DNA of 64,000 nucleotides from Klebsormidium nitens (taxonomy: Eukaryota > Plantae > Klebsormidiophyceae): contig DF237059.1 in the NCBI GenBank assembly GCA_000708835.1, positions 1-64,000 of the forward strand, given 5' to 3'. The notes below the pieces were generated by a model. That model ran no database searches and had not been told where the DNA came from. It worked only from the letters and a program-made list of their open reading frames with translations. The position numbers were made by a program, and so were the translations under genes. Below are positions 22,643 through 36,049 of the stretch, in pieces (the stretch's first letter is position 1; the number at the start of each line of letters is the position of its first letter).

Positions 22643-23870
22643 TTACTTACCAGCTGAAACAGTAATTGAAAAAGGGCGAAAGAACTGTTTGATGTGAATA
22701 TCAGTGTTGCATAGCATAGATATGTTACCGCACGCACAGGAACAGTTGTGTAGAACAGCTAGATAGACAAACAAATTTTTAACTACTGCTCATTGTTGCA
22801 ATGAAGTGAAGTTGACCGTTCACATTCTTGCATTCACCACCACTTATCTATCATTTCCACACCCTTACAAAATCCTCGCGACATTACATAAACTACATCT
22901 GGATTTGAAATTCAGCAAAAAAATGATTAAACCTGAATTAGAAATCTGGATGTACATTTATCATGATAAACTGGGTGAAACAGCTTGAGTACACGCAATT
23001 TACATCCTAAAAATTAGTGTTTAACCACTCTCGATCATGATAGAAATATGTAACTACGTGAAGAAAATTAAACGGAAGGATGCACATACTGGAATGAAAT
23101 TTTGCATATAACCCATGAGCATATGTCATGAGTATACCTCATATACACTGGCAACCTTAGATTTCCAAATTACGCTTTTGAAGGGGAAAAACTCAAAATT
23201 GATCTCGAATCTTTATAAATATTATGATCTTAAAAATCCGTTTTCACTTGCTAAATTTGCAATCACTTGCAATTTACGATTGTTTACTTGAATTGAATGT
23301 TAGGCCGCTGACATGACGTATATACACAACATGCAGGCAGCTCGGACCTTAGTTAGCAAGACCGCCCTCCAAGAAACAGCTTGACACGGAGTTCAATGTC
23401 ACACATCCCTGTATCGTCCGACAAATTGCATGTCATAACTACATTGGCCACATTTACTTTGATTGCAAGTAGGATTGTCCAAGCCGGTCGGGGCGATGAG
23501 GAGGTGCTGTTTATAATGCTTTCAAGGTACGAGTCACTATAACAATCATTCTCGAGAAAACTGAGTACTCGCTTGTATTTGTTCATCCCTGTAACGAAGA
23601 TGTGAATTCGTACACTCACGTATGATCAGAGGAGTGAGCAGAAGATTCATTTCAGAGTGGTAGAGTAGTATGCACGGATCGTTTACGCGAGCTCGAGTAG
23701 ATCCAAAACCTCAGTCAGTAGGATTGCATATCCCGTGACTGTCTTAAACGTACAGCACTCCTCTGATCCTTACAAAGTCACTAGTCAGTAATTACTGTTC
23801 TGTCTTCCCTCTCGCTTTCACGTAAGACCTCCTTGGAATCCCCAAAAATCTCGATGTACAGACGAATATG

Positions 23871-26800
23871 TCACACGAGAACCAGTTTGTGCTTCGGATC
23901 CGCAGACATTCCTACGTATTTGTTGAACAGCTGCTTGACCGCTTCGACGTACCGGCTATGAAACTCCTCCACAGTCTCGCCGTCCTTTGCAAAAAGCGGC
24001 TCCCCGAACGCCATCAGCAGATCCCTGCAGAGTAAAGTGCCACGTGTCAAGAACGAACGGTGAAGAAAAAAACTTGCGAGCAAATCCAAACAGAACTGAG
24101 GTCCTCAGAAGACTGCACCTCTGGCAATAGCGATACAGTGCCATGCGGATATATTCCGTATACGGATGTACGGATATACGGTTCAGCGGAGGTCAAGTGG
24201 GCCAGCGTGTGAATGAGATGGTGTCTTTAAGCAGTGAAGAGTTGCAGCCTACCACTAAACCTGCGCCGAAAGTTAGAGACGCATGCGCCCACAGACACCT
24301 AGACTAGAGGAGTACATATATTGGGAGCAACTAGAGGAGCGGGAGCCAAAATGAAACGACGACGAAACTGCTTCAGTGTTAGCGCCAGACGCCTAAAAAC
24401 CAGGCGCGCACGGGAATCCAATCGCGTGATTATGAAAGGTTGCAGCTTGCGCCATCTAGAACGTCCCCTTGCAGGGGGCCGGCGACAATCTTCTGCCCTA
24501 TCGAGCCCGGTGGTCGCTCACAAAAGATGACGTCGGACGCCTGACGCTTCGGACGACTCCCGATTCCCTCATGCCTGCTCATTCCCACAACCGGGCTCTC
24601 TGACCCTTACACAGTAAACAGCAGACGCGACAGAGTATTCAATGGACGCACTGAACCGCAGCGCGCGGAAGAGTCGGCATCGGGGGCGAGACCAGAGTTG
24701 CGTTTTACAAGCAAGCACGGGGAGCACGAGACCGCAGATTGCCCATATACGCGGCCCCCGCTTACGAAGCTGAGGAGGGCTTTGAAAAGCGTTAACCACT
24801 CGGTGTGGGCTTGCTGAACTTGACATTATAAGTGGGACTCGTCTTTTGTATTTACTCAGGAAAGGGAAAAAGCAGAAAACAGATCGTATAAGCACAAGAA
24901 TCAGCCGCATAGCCGGGCCCCTTCCGACAGTGAAAGAGGATTGAAAGGTACGCAATCGGCGGAAGGAGGCGCATATGTGCAAAAAGCAACCCCATAAGCG
25001 GAGCCCTCGGCATCCAATCTGGCCAAAGAGGTTGCCAAACGGTCTGATAGTTTGTTAAAGTCGACGGTTTGGATCCGACGCATGCGGAACGGATGTGCTC
25101 TTGACAAGTCTATTGACATTACACGAAGGATCCAAAGCCGCTACCCAAAGGGCGGTAATACCAAGGTATCGTCCAAGCCGGAGCTTTTGGTCGAAAAGTA
25201 TAAAACAAATCATTCAGAAAGGAACGGCACAGATGAAGTGCTAACGACAAAGAACGGCTTTTGGGTGTCATACCAACTGGACTCGAGTGTACCTCACCTT
25301 TGAGCGCACGCAGGCTCTCTAAATAGGTCAACAACACCGGCTCGACCTTTATCTTCTGCAACTGCAGGAGAAAGCAACAAGTAGGTATACGTAGACGTAC
25401 CGTTGATACGGGAAGGGCAGGTTCCAGAAGCCGTGAAACAGGGGCACCCCGATGGGGACGTAGTGGTTCACGGCCTCCCAGAACTTGAGGAACCGCAGCG
25501 GCTGGGGCTTGAACAACTGTAGAATAAAAAAAGGACTGCTTTCAATTCACATTGTTTGGGAAGTCCGGAATCCGTTCTGCACTTGGCTGTATCACTCGGC
25601 TGTGTCGCTTCTCAAAATCGGAAGGCTTAACAATGGCTTGAATTGAACGGTCTCGCCATGTTGAGCTCGAAGGCGACCTCGAGGCTCGTGCTTTTCCTTG
25701 GAATCGAATCGTCAGGGGCAATCAGATATGTGACTCACGCTCAAGCACAAACAAACGAACCGAACCGACGCGCTTCAAATCGAGCGGAAGCGCTTCACGG
25801 AGCGAGCGCTTCTTCACAGGGGAACGGAACAACTGATCCAACGGAGTTGGGGTTTCAACGTGTGCTCTGTGTCGTCCACGCACACTTTTGTTGACTAGGC
25901 GGCATTGAAAAGCACCAGTACGACCGTTTGCTACTTGACAACACCAATAATAAACCAAGCCAGATCCAAGACAAGTCAACAATTGCCTCTCATCAACGGA
26001 TATCAGCCCATGTGCGTGGAAACTGCTGACGGGACAATGGTCAGCTCTCTATTTCCACGCCGTCTCCAGATAGATGCATCTTAGTCAATATTGGCTCCGA
26101 AAAGATAGCCGTAAGTTACTAACTCACTGAGTTCTCATTGAAGAAGTAGACTGGAACCAGTCCGGCCTTGGTTTCCAGGGCCAGCTTAATGAATCCGAAT
26201 CTGCAAAGAGCCCAATATGTGTTTCTCGTTAGCAGTCGGAAATCCGAATCCTACTTACATGAAAATCAAACCGACATCAGTTGCTACAGTCTGGCAAGGA
26301 ATCCGGCAGATCTTCTTGGAGCCGGGAACGGAGTGGTAAAGAAACCCGTGACAAACCCTGGTTCTTATTCTGCGTACGCATGTTTGACGAATCTCCAAAA
26401 CGGAGTCAGGAAAGCTGCCGTGAGTCGGATTGACGGCACTGACTCTTCCCCGAACGAGGAAATGTATTTCGTTATATGCAAATCAGAGTGACACTCAGCC
26501 AAAAAGCCCTTCCCCGCCGGACTCAACCGTCCAAAAAGAAGCACTGCGTTTCGGCCCATCTTCACAGGCGAGCATAGAGACGAGAGGAACGTGAAGCGCA
26601 ATCGCAAGCAAGCCCACCGCTTCTTCAGGTACAACACGTCTTTGTCGGGGTACGTTGGCAGACAGACCTCCTTCACACCGCCCACGACGATCGCAACCTG
26701 CCAAAAGAACGGAAGTTGGTTTAGCTTGACGAACCTTTCTTTTTGTTTGGAATAAGGACGGACCGCCCGAGCTTACATCTCAGCTCCTTTGCGTCGCCAC

Positions 26801-28548
26801 TGTGTTGGCGACCTCTTCCCGAAACGGAAGAGGAAAACGGGTTAGCGGTTGTCAAAACCGGATTTTGTTGGGAAGGCGACGGAGAGTCCCAGTTCACTGT
26901 AAGACCAGACAATATGAAAATTTCTACGAGTGAGCGTCAGCGGTGCTGTGAGGCGACCTGGGTAGAAAGACGAACGTCGTTTGAAGACGAAAGAGAGTCC
27001 GCCAGATTCGGTTTCAGCCCGAAAGAGGAGCTGTCTCGCAAGGGACTTTATCCAAGGGCTCCAAGCACAAATGAATTTTACAAAGTGAAATCAGTGGCAT
27101 AGGCAGAAGCAGCAAAATATTGAAGTCTCTGACCGCAAAGAAGATGGGAACTTTTAATCCGAAAAAGTTGCGGGCCCGTCTGCCTTTCCGGCTTTACCCG
27201 GGAATTCTGGAGCCATGTCGATAGGCTTTCTTCTGATTCACAACGGCTTTTACCAGTAACATTCGGAAAAGCAAGAACGAGCTCGTGGAGACGGGTCATC
27301 AAGAACGAAGGACTCTGCTCACATTGTTGCCTCGTTCTAGTTGCGCTCGCATCGATGGCTTTGCAGCGGAAATGGCGCCGAGCATGTAGAACCAGTCTGT
27401 GGCGATAAACGTATTGTTCAGTCAGGCAGCTTGTCACAGCCAACGTCTAGAAGGGACGAGTCAGGTTCCGAACGTCAGAGCTTGCCTATGAATCGCCTCA
27501 AAGATGCCCGTTTCTCCTATATTCGTTCTACAATAGGTAACTGACGGACAAATGTGGTGCCTCTGCAGACAAATGTGGCTTGAGCCAATTGCTGATTTGT
27601 TGGCATTGTCCAGTTCGTTTGTGTCCGACCCATTCCCAACTTGAGCTACCTCAATTTGGGCTTTGCAGGAAAATGCACTTGGACAACTACTTGCTTCTAC
27701 TGACGAATCATCATTCCAACTCTCAACCACTTTACGCGCCTGCGACACTTGAACTGCCCACCGGAGCCAGTGATGACAGTTTAAAAGATCTTAAGCAAAC
27801 GAGTATGGGCAGAAGTTAGAAGATGCAAGATCATTTTGAGTACTTAAGCTTTGACGCAGTTTTGGAGCTGACTCAGGAACTCACTTCGAACAAATGGAAC
27901 GTAGAAGAATGCAGCGGCGATAGCGCCAAACACGTCCCCACCCCCCTCAGGAAGCACCCGCCGGAAAACGTCGTGTAGCTGGCTTATCAACGCAGTTGAG
28001 TACATAACCCGCCCGTGGGGATGCAACCCAAAAATGTATCTCTTTCCAGGGGGGTACTGTTTGGCTGGAATTACAGCCCTGCTCGAGTTTGCGTAATGTG
28101 CAAGTGTAATGTATAAGCGTCTGAAGTACTCCTCTCGAAATAGGCGGTTGTAGTATGGAGGGAGGAGGAGGAAGAGGATGTTCAGAGCAGCCCAGACGAG
28201 CCATACGCTATGGCTCAGCTGGCGGTAAGCTATGTACAGCCCGGCGGCTATGGTGGGCAGGAACAGTGGGCTGTAGGGGAAGAAGAAGACAAACCAGAGA
28301 CTGAGGACGGTCCAAATTGTACAAGGGTGTCCGTCTTTCAAGTCGAGCACAATGTGGTCGTCCTTTTTGGCGACAATGGGGGCAATCCCGCCCTGATTCC
28401 GGGGGCGGACGTCAGCTGTGTTAACGCCGGATCTCTGAGAGCGGAGCTTGAAACGAAAGCGCTTTTGAGCACTGGAGTCAGAGCTGCCTGCTGGGACAAG
28501 CCGTGATTCAGATTCTTCTGCCGCCATGCTGAGCGCCGGGGTTTGCAA
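23871..28548 (-). CDS. DGAT2: DGAT2/MGAT-family acyltransferase
   Basis: N-terminal TM region, then YIFGLHPHG, WFYMLGAISAAK, VAIVVGGVKE, RFGFIKLALETKAGLVPVYFFNE, LFKP..LPFPYQR, AFGEPL..HSRYVEAVKQLFNKY. These are the DGAT2-family motifs across six spliced exons. Start at 28548 or the MAAEE ATG just downstream. Confidence 0.85.
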
Positions 28549-29630
28549 TGAGTCCCCCCTCCGTGCTCTATAGACACCGGGAGATCAGACTAGAATCAAC
28601 TTTGCTTTTCAACTCCCTGCCGATCATACACGTGTGATCAGCTGCGGGACGCCAGCTTCCCTTGCTGCAGCAGCCCTATCTGATCCGCAGCGAGAATGGC
28701 AGCTGTTGACTAGTGATCCTGAGAGAGATGCTCAGCCCGCACTTCCATATGCGCACCCATGAGTTGCATGCATTATTCTGTCCCTTTGCAGTACACGGGC
28801 CTTCGCGCAAAATTTCCACCAGTACAAACAGTACGTTCTGCGCATGCAAGTTTGATTCCGTCAGCCCGAGGCGCCAAGTCAGCATTCCGACGGATCAGCG
28901 CTAGCAGCCTAAATGCATGCAAGCATTTAATGGGTGCACACTGGGCCTGCCCGGCGGAACGAAATTGACGGAACGTCGGCGGAATCTATTGACTGGTAAA
29001 ACCTCGCGGTGTTAAACCGGTAAACCTCGCGGGGTCCGGTGACGTTGTTCGACCGCGCTGCAGTCGCGGCCGCCGACGCGGCAGCGGCAGACTTGACTCA
29101 TGGGGTACGCAACCCACTACTGGGGCTATAAAAGATGCTTTTAGTCTTGATCTTGCAGAAAAGCATCGCTTGCTTCCCAGTGGTCCATTCTCTCAGCTAT
29201 ACCCCGGTCTGTACCAGCTACACTTGATCGTCTCGCGCCCAGCTTTCTGTGATCTTCCTGCCTTGTCGCACTCGCAGATCCTGTACCATAAAGCACTCCT
29301 TCGCTTCTAATCAGGTCACTCTTCTTGCTTGTACTCAAACTCAGGCTTGCTGATCGAATCTTCCGATTTCTCATTGTAAGTGCTGTCACTGGATTTCATT
29401 TGCGGAGAATTCGAACCGTCGTCAAATCTGGAATGTTTGTGTAGTAGATTGCCCGAAGAATCAAGAAAGTCTGTTTTCATAACGATATCCGAGCGAGATT
29501 CCAGCTCATAAACTCCATTTCACAGCCGTTCCCTGTTTCCTTTCGCAAGACGGGCTAACGTACATAAGCACGCAGATATTCAGGCAATTGGAGAGCAATC
29601 CTGCTGATCCCTCTACTTCCATGATGCAGG

Positions 29631-30538
29631 ATGGCTGACATCATCGTTGTGCACGCAAGAAAAGGCGCGCGCACACTGTCTATGCTGAAGCTCAAGCTGG
29701 ACGGCAACAGTACGCCGGACCAGCTCGCCAGCTACTTCCCGGACAGACCGGACAAGTACACGGTTTGCTTCCAGCCGGAAGTCGTTCGTCCGTATCCAGA
29801 AGCTGGAGCAGGGTTCCAGCCACCGCTCCAAGCTGGGAGCCACGTCGTCCTCCTGTACGACACGTGTGAGCAACACGATTCTTGATCTGATTAGAAGCTC
29901 GGCGTTTCCGAGCTGCGAGAACTGACTATTCTAGCCAAAGAGCCAAGTGTTTGATCCCGGATGTTTTTGCCATTTCATGAGCTGTGAGGTTTTCTGGGAT
30001 GTTGTTATTGAGGGCTAAGACGCCTTCACGCAGACCCCTCAGTAGCGTATGATTTTGTCATCGACGCACTCAAAAGGGCAGACGTTTGATCCTTCCTTGA
30101 TTTTGGCGAACCCTGATTTAGCGAAGGGAGACTGATTTCCAATATTCTGTGCTAGGGACGCTCGCAAGCATGAACAGGCTGCTGAAGCAGATTCCGAGTA
30201 CCCTTTCGAAAAGCTGCCAACTCGACGTTCCGCAAGCCATAGTACTGAGTTCTGTGTTGATGTCGCTTTTCATATGTGGCGGCATCGTCGCAGTTGCAAG
30301 TAAACTTGAAGAGGTCGGACTGACAGGATGTGAGAAGATAGCGGCCGCTATGGCAGGTTCGAGTACTACTGGTCATCCTACAATCACGTCGGAAACGGTG
30401 AGTGAAGCGAGCAAGAGTGTAGAGCATTCTGGTACTGAGCACTCTCACACAGCTGCCAGCTCAAGGGGAGACCAGGGTTTCAGTATCGTACCAGCACTGA
30501 CCGCCGTTGGCTTGTTCTCTTTGGCAATGATAATGTAG
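29631..30538 (+). CDS. Hypothetical protein (3' structure uncertain)
   Basis: Exon 29631-29865 (MADIIVVHARKG...VVLLYDT) has an acceptor just before the ATG and a gtgagc donor. A phase-1 join to (F)ASKLEEVGLTGCEKIAAAM is possible. No family recognised. Confidence 0.45.
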
Positions 30539-31678
30539 AAACGCGGGTCGGGTCGGGTCAGGGGAACGCTCAACAGCAGTCATGTGGAAAGCTGGGACAC
30601 TGGACATGCAGAATTGAGAGTAGTCCGAGCTAAAGGATTTTTTAGAGAAGTTTTGGAAGTTATATTCAAAGTGGACACAAGCTTTCCAATGCGATAGTGA
30701 CCCCGTCGTTCATCGGTTAACCTGGACCATCAGAACTTAGCAGGCCAAAAGCAAGGAGGGCAGTCCGTTGTCAATGATGCGAGGAATTGAGTAAGCCAGG
30801 GTTTGAGAAGGATATCTGCAGGCATGTGCCGCGCGGCCCCTCAAGCGTATGATATCAATGAACGAGGGCCTCGCGCGCAGTAGGCTCGCCGGCCGGCCTG
30901 CAAGAATTCCTGCAGGCTTCTTTGTAATTCAGTGATCACATGTGCTCGACAACAACCGTCGTCCAGCACGTACCATGCATGCCAGCTGAGTCTCAAGGGA
31001 GTTGTGTTCAATCGAGCATGCCCGACATCAATCCATGAGGATATATATACGTACATCACTGTACACGTTGCAGTTATCATGTGCATGTGTCTTGATGCAT
31101 GATCGATCACTAACTTAAAGTACGAAGCTCTCAGTTGCGCACTGTCAGTGTACTAGCTAGTCATGATTACAAGTTGCTGAAGTTATGTAGTGGCTCACTC
31201 AAGCTAGGATTTCACTCTCCCGGCGTGGGGCCAGGCCCGCGGCAAAGTGCAGACTGACCACATGCGCAGCATGGTCGAGGGCCCGGACTCGACATCAATG
31301 CCAGTTGTAGTCATGCAATTCACAGAATCGTCGGAGTGTTTTTGATAATTCATGCGCACTCAGGGCCAATGCATGCGAGCACTGACTTGTCGTCCCTCTG
31401 AATGCGCGCCACCTTTCGGCCACTAAATCATGCGGGCCAACCAGAAACTTTTACTGGTATAAGCCCTGTTGCTAAGTTGCAAAGCATACATTTGTTCCAG
31501 GAGGGTGGCTGAGTAAGGATTGAAAAAACGACGACTCCACAAAACCTGCCAGTGCAATCCATCGAAAATCTCTGGTCGAGAATAGAAGCGAAATCGAAGC
31601 CCCGAAACAAGTAGGCACCTTTCCTGCCCATGAAATGTCTGGCGAAACATTGTTCCGTACAAAACCGTGCGCACTTTC

Positions 31679-34600
31679 CTATCCAAGCGCAGCCTTGAGT
31701 GAATCGCCGGCCCCTTGGAAAAACAGGAACGAAAGGACGAAGTCCGCAATGAAGATGACCACCAGGCTGATGACGACAGCTGACGTGGTCGACTCTCCCA
31801 CGCCTTTGGCGCCGCCGTTCGTGGTGATGCCCCACGCGCAGCTGATGACGGCGATAATGACGCCGAAGATGTAGCTTTTAATTAGGGTACTGCGAGCAGA
31901 AAACCATTTTAGTGGGCAGACGCTTCTGAAGGCCCCTCTTAGAGAGAACGGGAAAGCCGGCAAGCACTGCTTGCAACCAACGTAGAAGCGCAGCCCTCTT
32001 GCCTCAACATAAGAGGAGCTCGCGTCGAGCAACCGAATCGGGCTTGTTGTCACACTTCGGCGTCACGACTAGCGCAGTCAGTTGAAGAGAGAGGGCGCGT
32101 AAGAATGATTGACTTCTTAAGAATTCCCGCCACCCCAGCTCTCCCTGCCACTAGATTCCAACTTCACGATCGTCAGAAGACGGCCAAAAACCATTCAGTC
32201 ATGGTTGCAGACAACCAGGGGAAATGGGCAAAGCGGGGAAACCTCAAAGTTTGAGTCGATTGCAACACCTCTACGAGTTCGCCTATGTGCAAGAACTGCC
32301 GCACCTGATCAGATCCCACCGACTCAGCGCGCGCGCCGCCGAGTCCAGGATGATGTTGCTGCTGACGCTGTACACTGCGTCAGCAAGCAGGACGCTGGCC
32401 GCCATGCCGACGGTGAAGCAGAATACGGTGAGGCAGGGCATGGCGATCGAGCAGGCGATGACACGTGGCGTGATGAGGTAGTCCACGGGGTCGGTGCGCA
32501 GCACGCGCAGCGTGTCGGTTTGCTCGGAGACCTAAAAGAAAGAGAAATCGAGATTTAAGAGACGAATGGAAGGAAGATTTTCATGCGTACGGTACCACCT
32601 CAGCGAGACACGAAAGACCGGACCTCGAAGAAATCACCAGCTTGGCCCCGACTTGATGCAGCTGCAGATACTAGCCCGATCTTGGCTCGCAAAAACGAAA
32701 GCAGAGGCAATAACAATCATCAAAGCGTCGGGTAGATTACACGTTAGGCGCAAGGGCTGCAGTGACGAGGCAATTGCTCGGAACACAGAAATGTGCACTA
32801 CGATACATCTGACGTGTCCACAGTACAAGCGTACCGCAAGAGGCATTATGAATAGGGGGACGCCTGAAATGAGCAAAATTTGAAATTCGAAGAAGAAAAA
32901 AGAGTTGATCGAGATTCAGCGAAGATGTTGCAATTTCAATCGGCGGACTCGGACTGGCACGGTTCATGTGATACTGAGGCTCAAACTTCATCATTGACGC
33001 TTGTGTTTCCCAGCTAAGATTGTTCACCGCACCTGCATCGTTCCGAGCTCCGCTGCGAAAGCACTCCCGACTCGTCCAGCAAGGATGATGGCCGTAACGA
33101 CAGGTGTCAGCTCCCGAGAAAGGGCCAAAGCCAAGACTCCGCCTACCGAGCGGGTCAGCCCCAAACGAGCGAACTCGCGCACAAACTGCAAAGGCGTAAC
33201 GGTTCGTTAATGATCGCGTCTCGTCTTTCGTTAAGGTCATTGACTGGACCATGGTGATCGAGACGTTGGTCAAAAGCACAAAAAGGTCGCTGGTTGAGAA
33301 AGCTTTGGGCGTTGAGCAGCTTCCACGATCATATCTGTGAGGCTCTGAGCCGTTAAGAGGCGGAATGGTCGAAAATGGTCACAAAGACGAGAGCAAACAT
33401 GCCTCCCTATCTCTCTTTTGCGTACAAGCGGGCGCAAACACAGTTGGAAGTCAAGATACAGAAAGCTCCAAAGTCAAATTGCAACGTTCATGACTCAATT
33501 GCAGTGGCTCCGGAGGAACTTGACAACGGGGTCAGATGCTCGTCGCTGCTGAACCCGGAGATGTGTTCGATAAAATGACCGGATCCCCATGACAGGGACG
33601 CAAATGGACCACAAAGACTGCTGAACCATGTTGTCAGAGGGATGGTACACTTCATCCTGAAAAGCAGAAACCACTGGTTCCTGGTACGCAACCAAAATTT
33701 TTAGAATAGTGGTCACAAACGACGAGGCAAGCTTGAAACGATTATGACAAACTATAACGTGCCCACAAGTAAAACGAAAATACTTCACCTGGATTGTGAA
33801 GACCATGCCCACGAAGGACGACGTCAGGAGACACACCCCGAGCGATCCTGGCCCCACCTCCGCAAGCTGCTCCAGAGTATTCTTCCAATGGATCTTGCCT
33901 CTTAGGACGCGCGATGCTACCTGCCCCAGAATGAGGGCGGCGGAGAGAGCACGCCAGGCCCATCTGCAGGAGGAGAATTCGACTGACTTTGCTTCGACAA
34001 CTTGAGAGACTGTTCTGCCCTCTACTCCTTGAAGTGGTCAACATATGTTTGTTCTCTCGTTCCATAAGATACTTGTGCCTGGTTTTCCATAACGGTCAAG
34101 TCCAATTCTCGTTCCTACAATGAGACAACAGCCTTTCTGCTTTCATCACGCTGTGTTCCAACTGGTGCCGAGGCCCCCAAAAAGGCAGAAGTGACCCTCT
34201 GACTTTAAGCTATTGCTGTCCTCTTGAACTCTTCAACTACTGTAGGACTTTGTATTTATCAGTCGGGAAATATCGAAAGGAGATGGATGGGTGCAGGCTT
34301 CAGTAGAATAGGAAATGGAATTCTGCATCTAGGTACCATTTTTGAAAAGAGATATTACACCTCCAGAAAATGAGAAGAGAAGAAGAACTCAGTGCATAGC
34401 TTCCGAGCCGGGTACACAGCTTCCGCATCGGGTGGGGCCGATGAGATATGGTCAACTGCAGGTCTTTAGAAGTCTTTCAAATCTCATTCCGTTTGAATCA
34501 CACGCCTGATTGTCCCCCTCAGATTAAGAGCATTTTCATCAGATGGGCGTAAGACAGCTTGATGAGTGCCACCAAAAAACTGGGACAGTTTGCAAAACTT

Positions 34601-35203
34601 CAGCTTTCAAAGGGAACCAATCTGGATCAGAAAGGTTGGGCACCTGACAACAAAGCACAATCACTTCTCAGCTTCTCAGAAAGTGACAGCAATGAGTGGA
34701 TCTGTGGGTGAATCTTACTTTGGCGGCTTCCAACTGAGTTCAACCTCCACAGGAAGGAGACTCTTCTTGGAAACTGGGGCTGCATTGTCTCCTTGAGTGG
34801 TGGCTTCCCCAGATATAGCTGCCGCACGCACGTCCTTCCGCTGCCTTGCTTCCAGACCTCTCCGTCTTCCCTTCAGCCCCCCGAAGAGTCCTTTACCCTC
34901 TTTCCTTGCATTTAGGGGCAAGGATTGAGAGCTTGCTGACTGACATCTTTGCGACCTGGATGCCGTCAAACAAAAGCTATCGTGTTTACTGAGCCTGGTG
35001 CAAACCAGATTGCGGCCGTAATTTTTTTGGACGAGGCTTGAGCCTACAAAACTTCTCCCAGAAAAACCACTTTGACTCGCTGAGAGTTCATGTACATTGG
35101 AAAGTGTGGGATGAGAGCGGCTGGTTGATGCTTGGTGACTTGACCATGCTCGAGCTAGAGAGCTGGCCCCTGACTCGGCAATCTCCAATGCGGCATTTGC
35201 CAT
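31679..35203 (-). CDS. TGD1: Trigalactosyldiacylglycerol 1, plastid ABC lipid-transporter permease (MlaE family)
   Basis: Transit peptide, then GQVASRVLRGKIHWKNTLEQLAEVGPGSLGVCLLTSSFVGMVFTIQ, SRELTPVVTAIILAGRVGSAFAAELGTM, LRTDPVDYLITPRV, GGAKGVGESTTSAVVISLV. Confidence 0.95.
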
Positions 35204-36049
35204 ACTGTTTCTGTATGTGCAAACCCTTTGTAAAAGCTCTTTAATAGAGGAGCAATTACATGAGAATGCCTCTTCAAATGTAATCTACAGGCGGGGGCAC
35301 TAACCACTGCCCTCACAGCAGAAGCTGCATGCGCATCAAGACCTTAATCCAAAGATCATGACAGTTAGTATCTGCACCTGTCACATGGTGGCGCAAGTTG
35401 CGGACGCAGCATTGCAAATGGCTGCAATAGGAAAAAGACCGGATCTCAATTTGCAAAGGCCTCTGCTTCTCTAGCTGGCATCCCCAGCTCTTATTCAGAA
35501 GCGCAGACGGAGCACAGAGGTGCTCTCCACCATAGCTTCGCCTTCGATTCCCCCTCCTTGCTGCGTTCTGTCTCAGCTTTGAAGTGTCTTTTCAAAGTTG
35601 TAGAATTCGGTTATGTGAGACAGCCGGAGCATTATGTGAAGCTGAGGCTTATCAAATATAAGACAAGGGGGTAAAGAAGCTGTCAGTACGGTATAGCCCC
35701 CCAGTCGGCGTCAGTCGGACAGTGTTCTCTTGGAAAACTTCGAATATTATACCATGCGCTCGAGTATATCAAACGCAAGCTTGTGAACTTACACTGAAGG
35801 GCCTGCAACCTCTGAAGTGCAAAATCAGAAAACAACAGCAGCCTCAGCCTCAGGCTTATTCCCTTGCCAAGTTTAGGCGCTTGCACTGGTTCAAAAGGGT
35901 CACTGGGCAGAGTTTTGGGATCAGAAGGGCCCTAGAATTGGATGCTTTGATTGTTCCTCTAACGAGTCATTTTGCTAAAAGGGTGGTGTAAAAAGGAATC
36001 AGCTTACAAGAGGAAGGCAAATAGAAGAACTGGTTGCCATCGTTCTGCA

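Noticed and set aside
23353-23619. 88-aa minus-strand ORF in an AT-rich stretch, considered as a foreign or viral fragment
   Set aside because: No recognisable motif or splice support; fits a 3' intergenic region.
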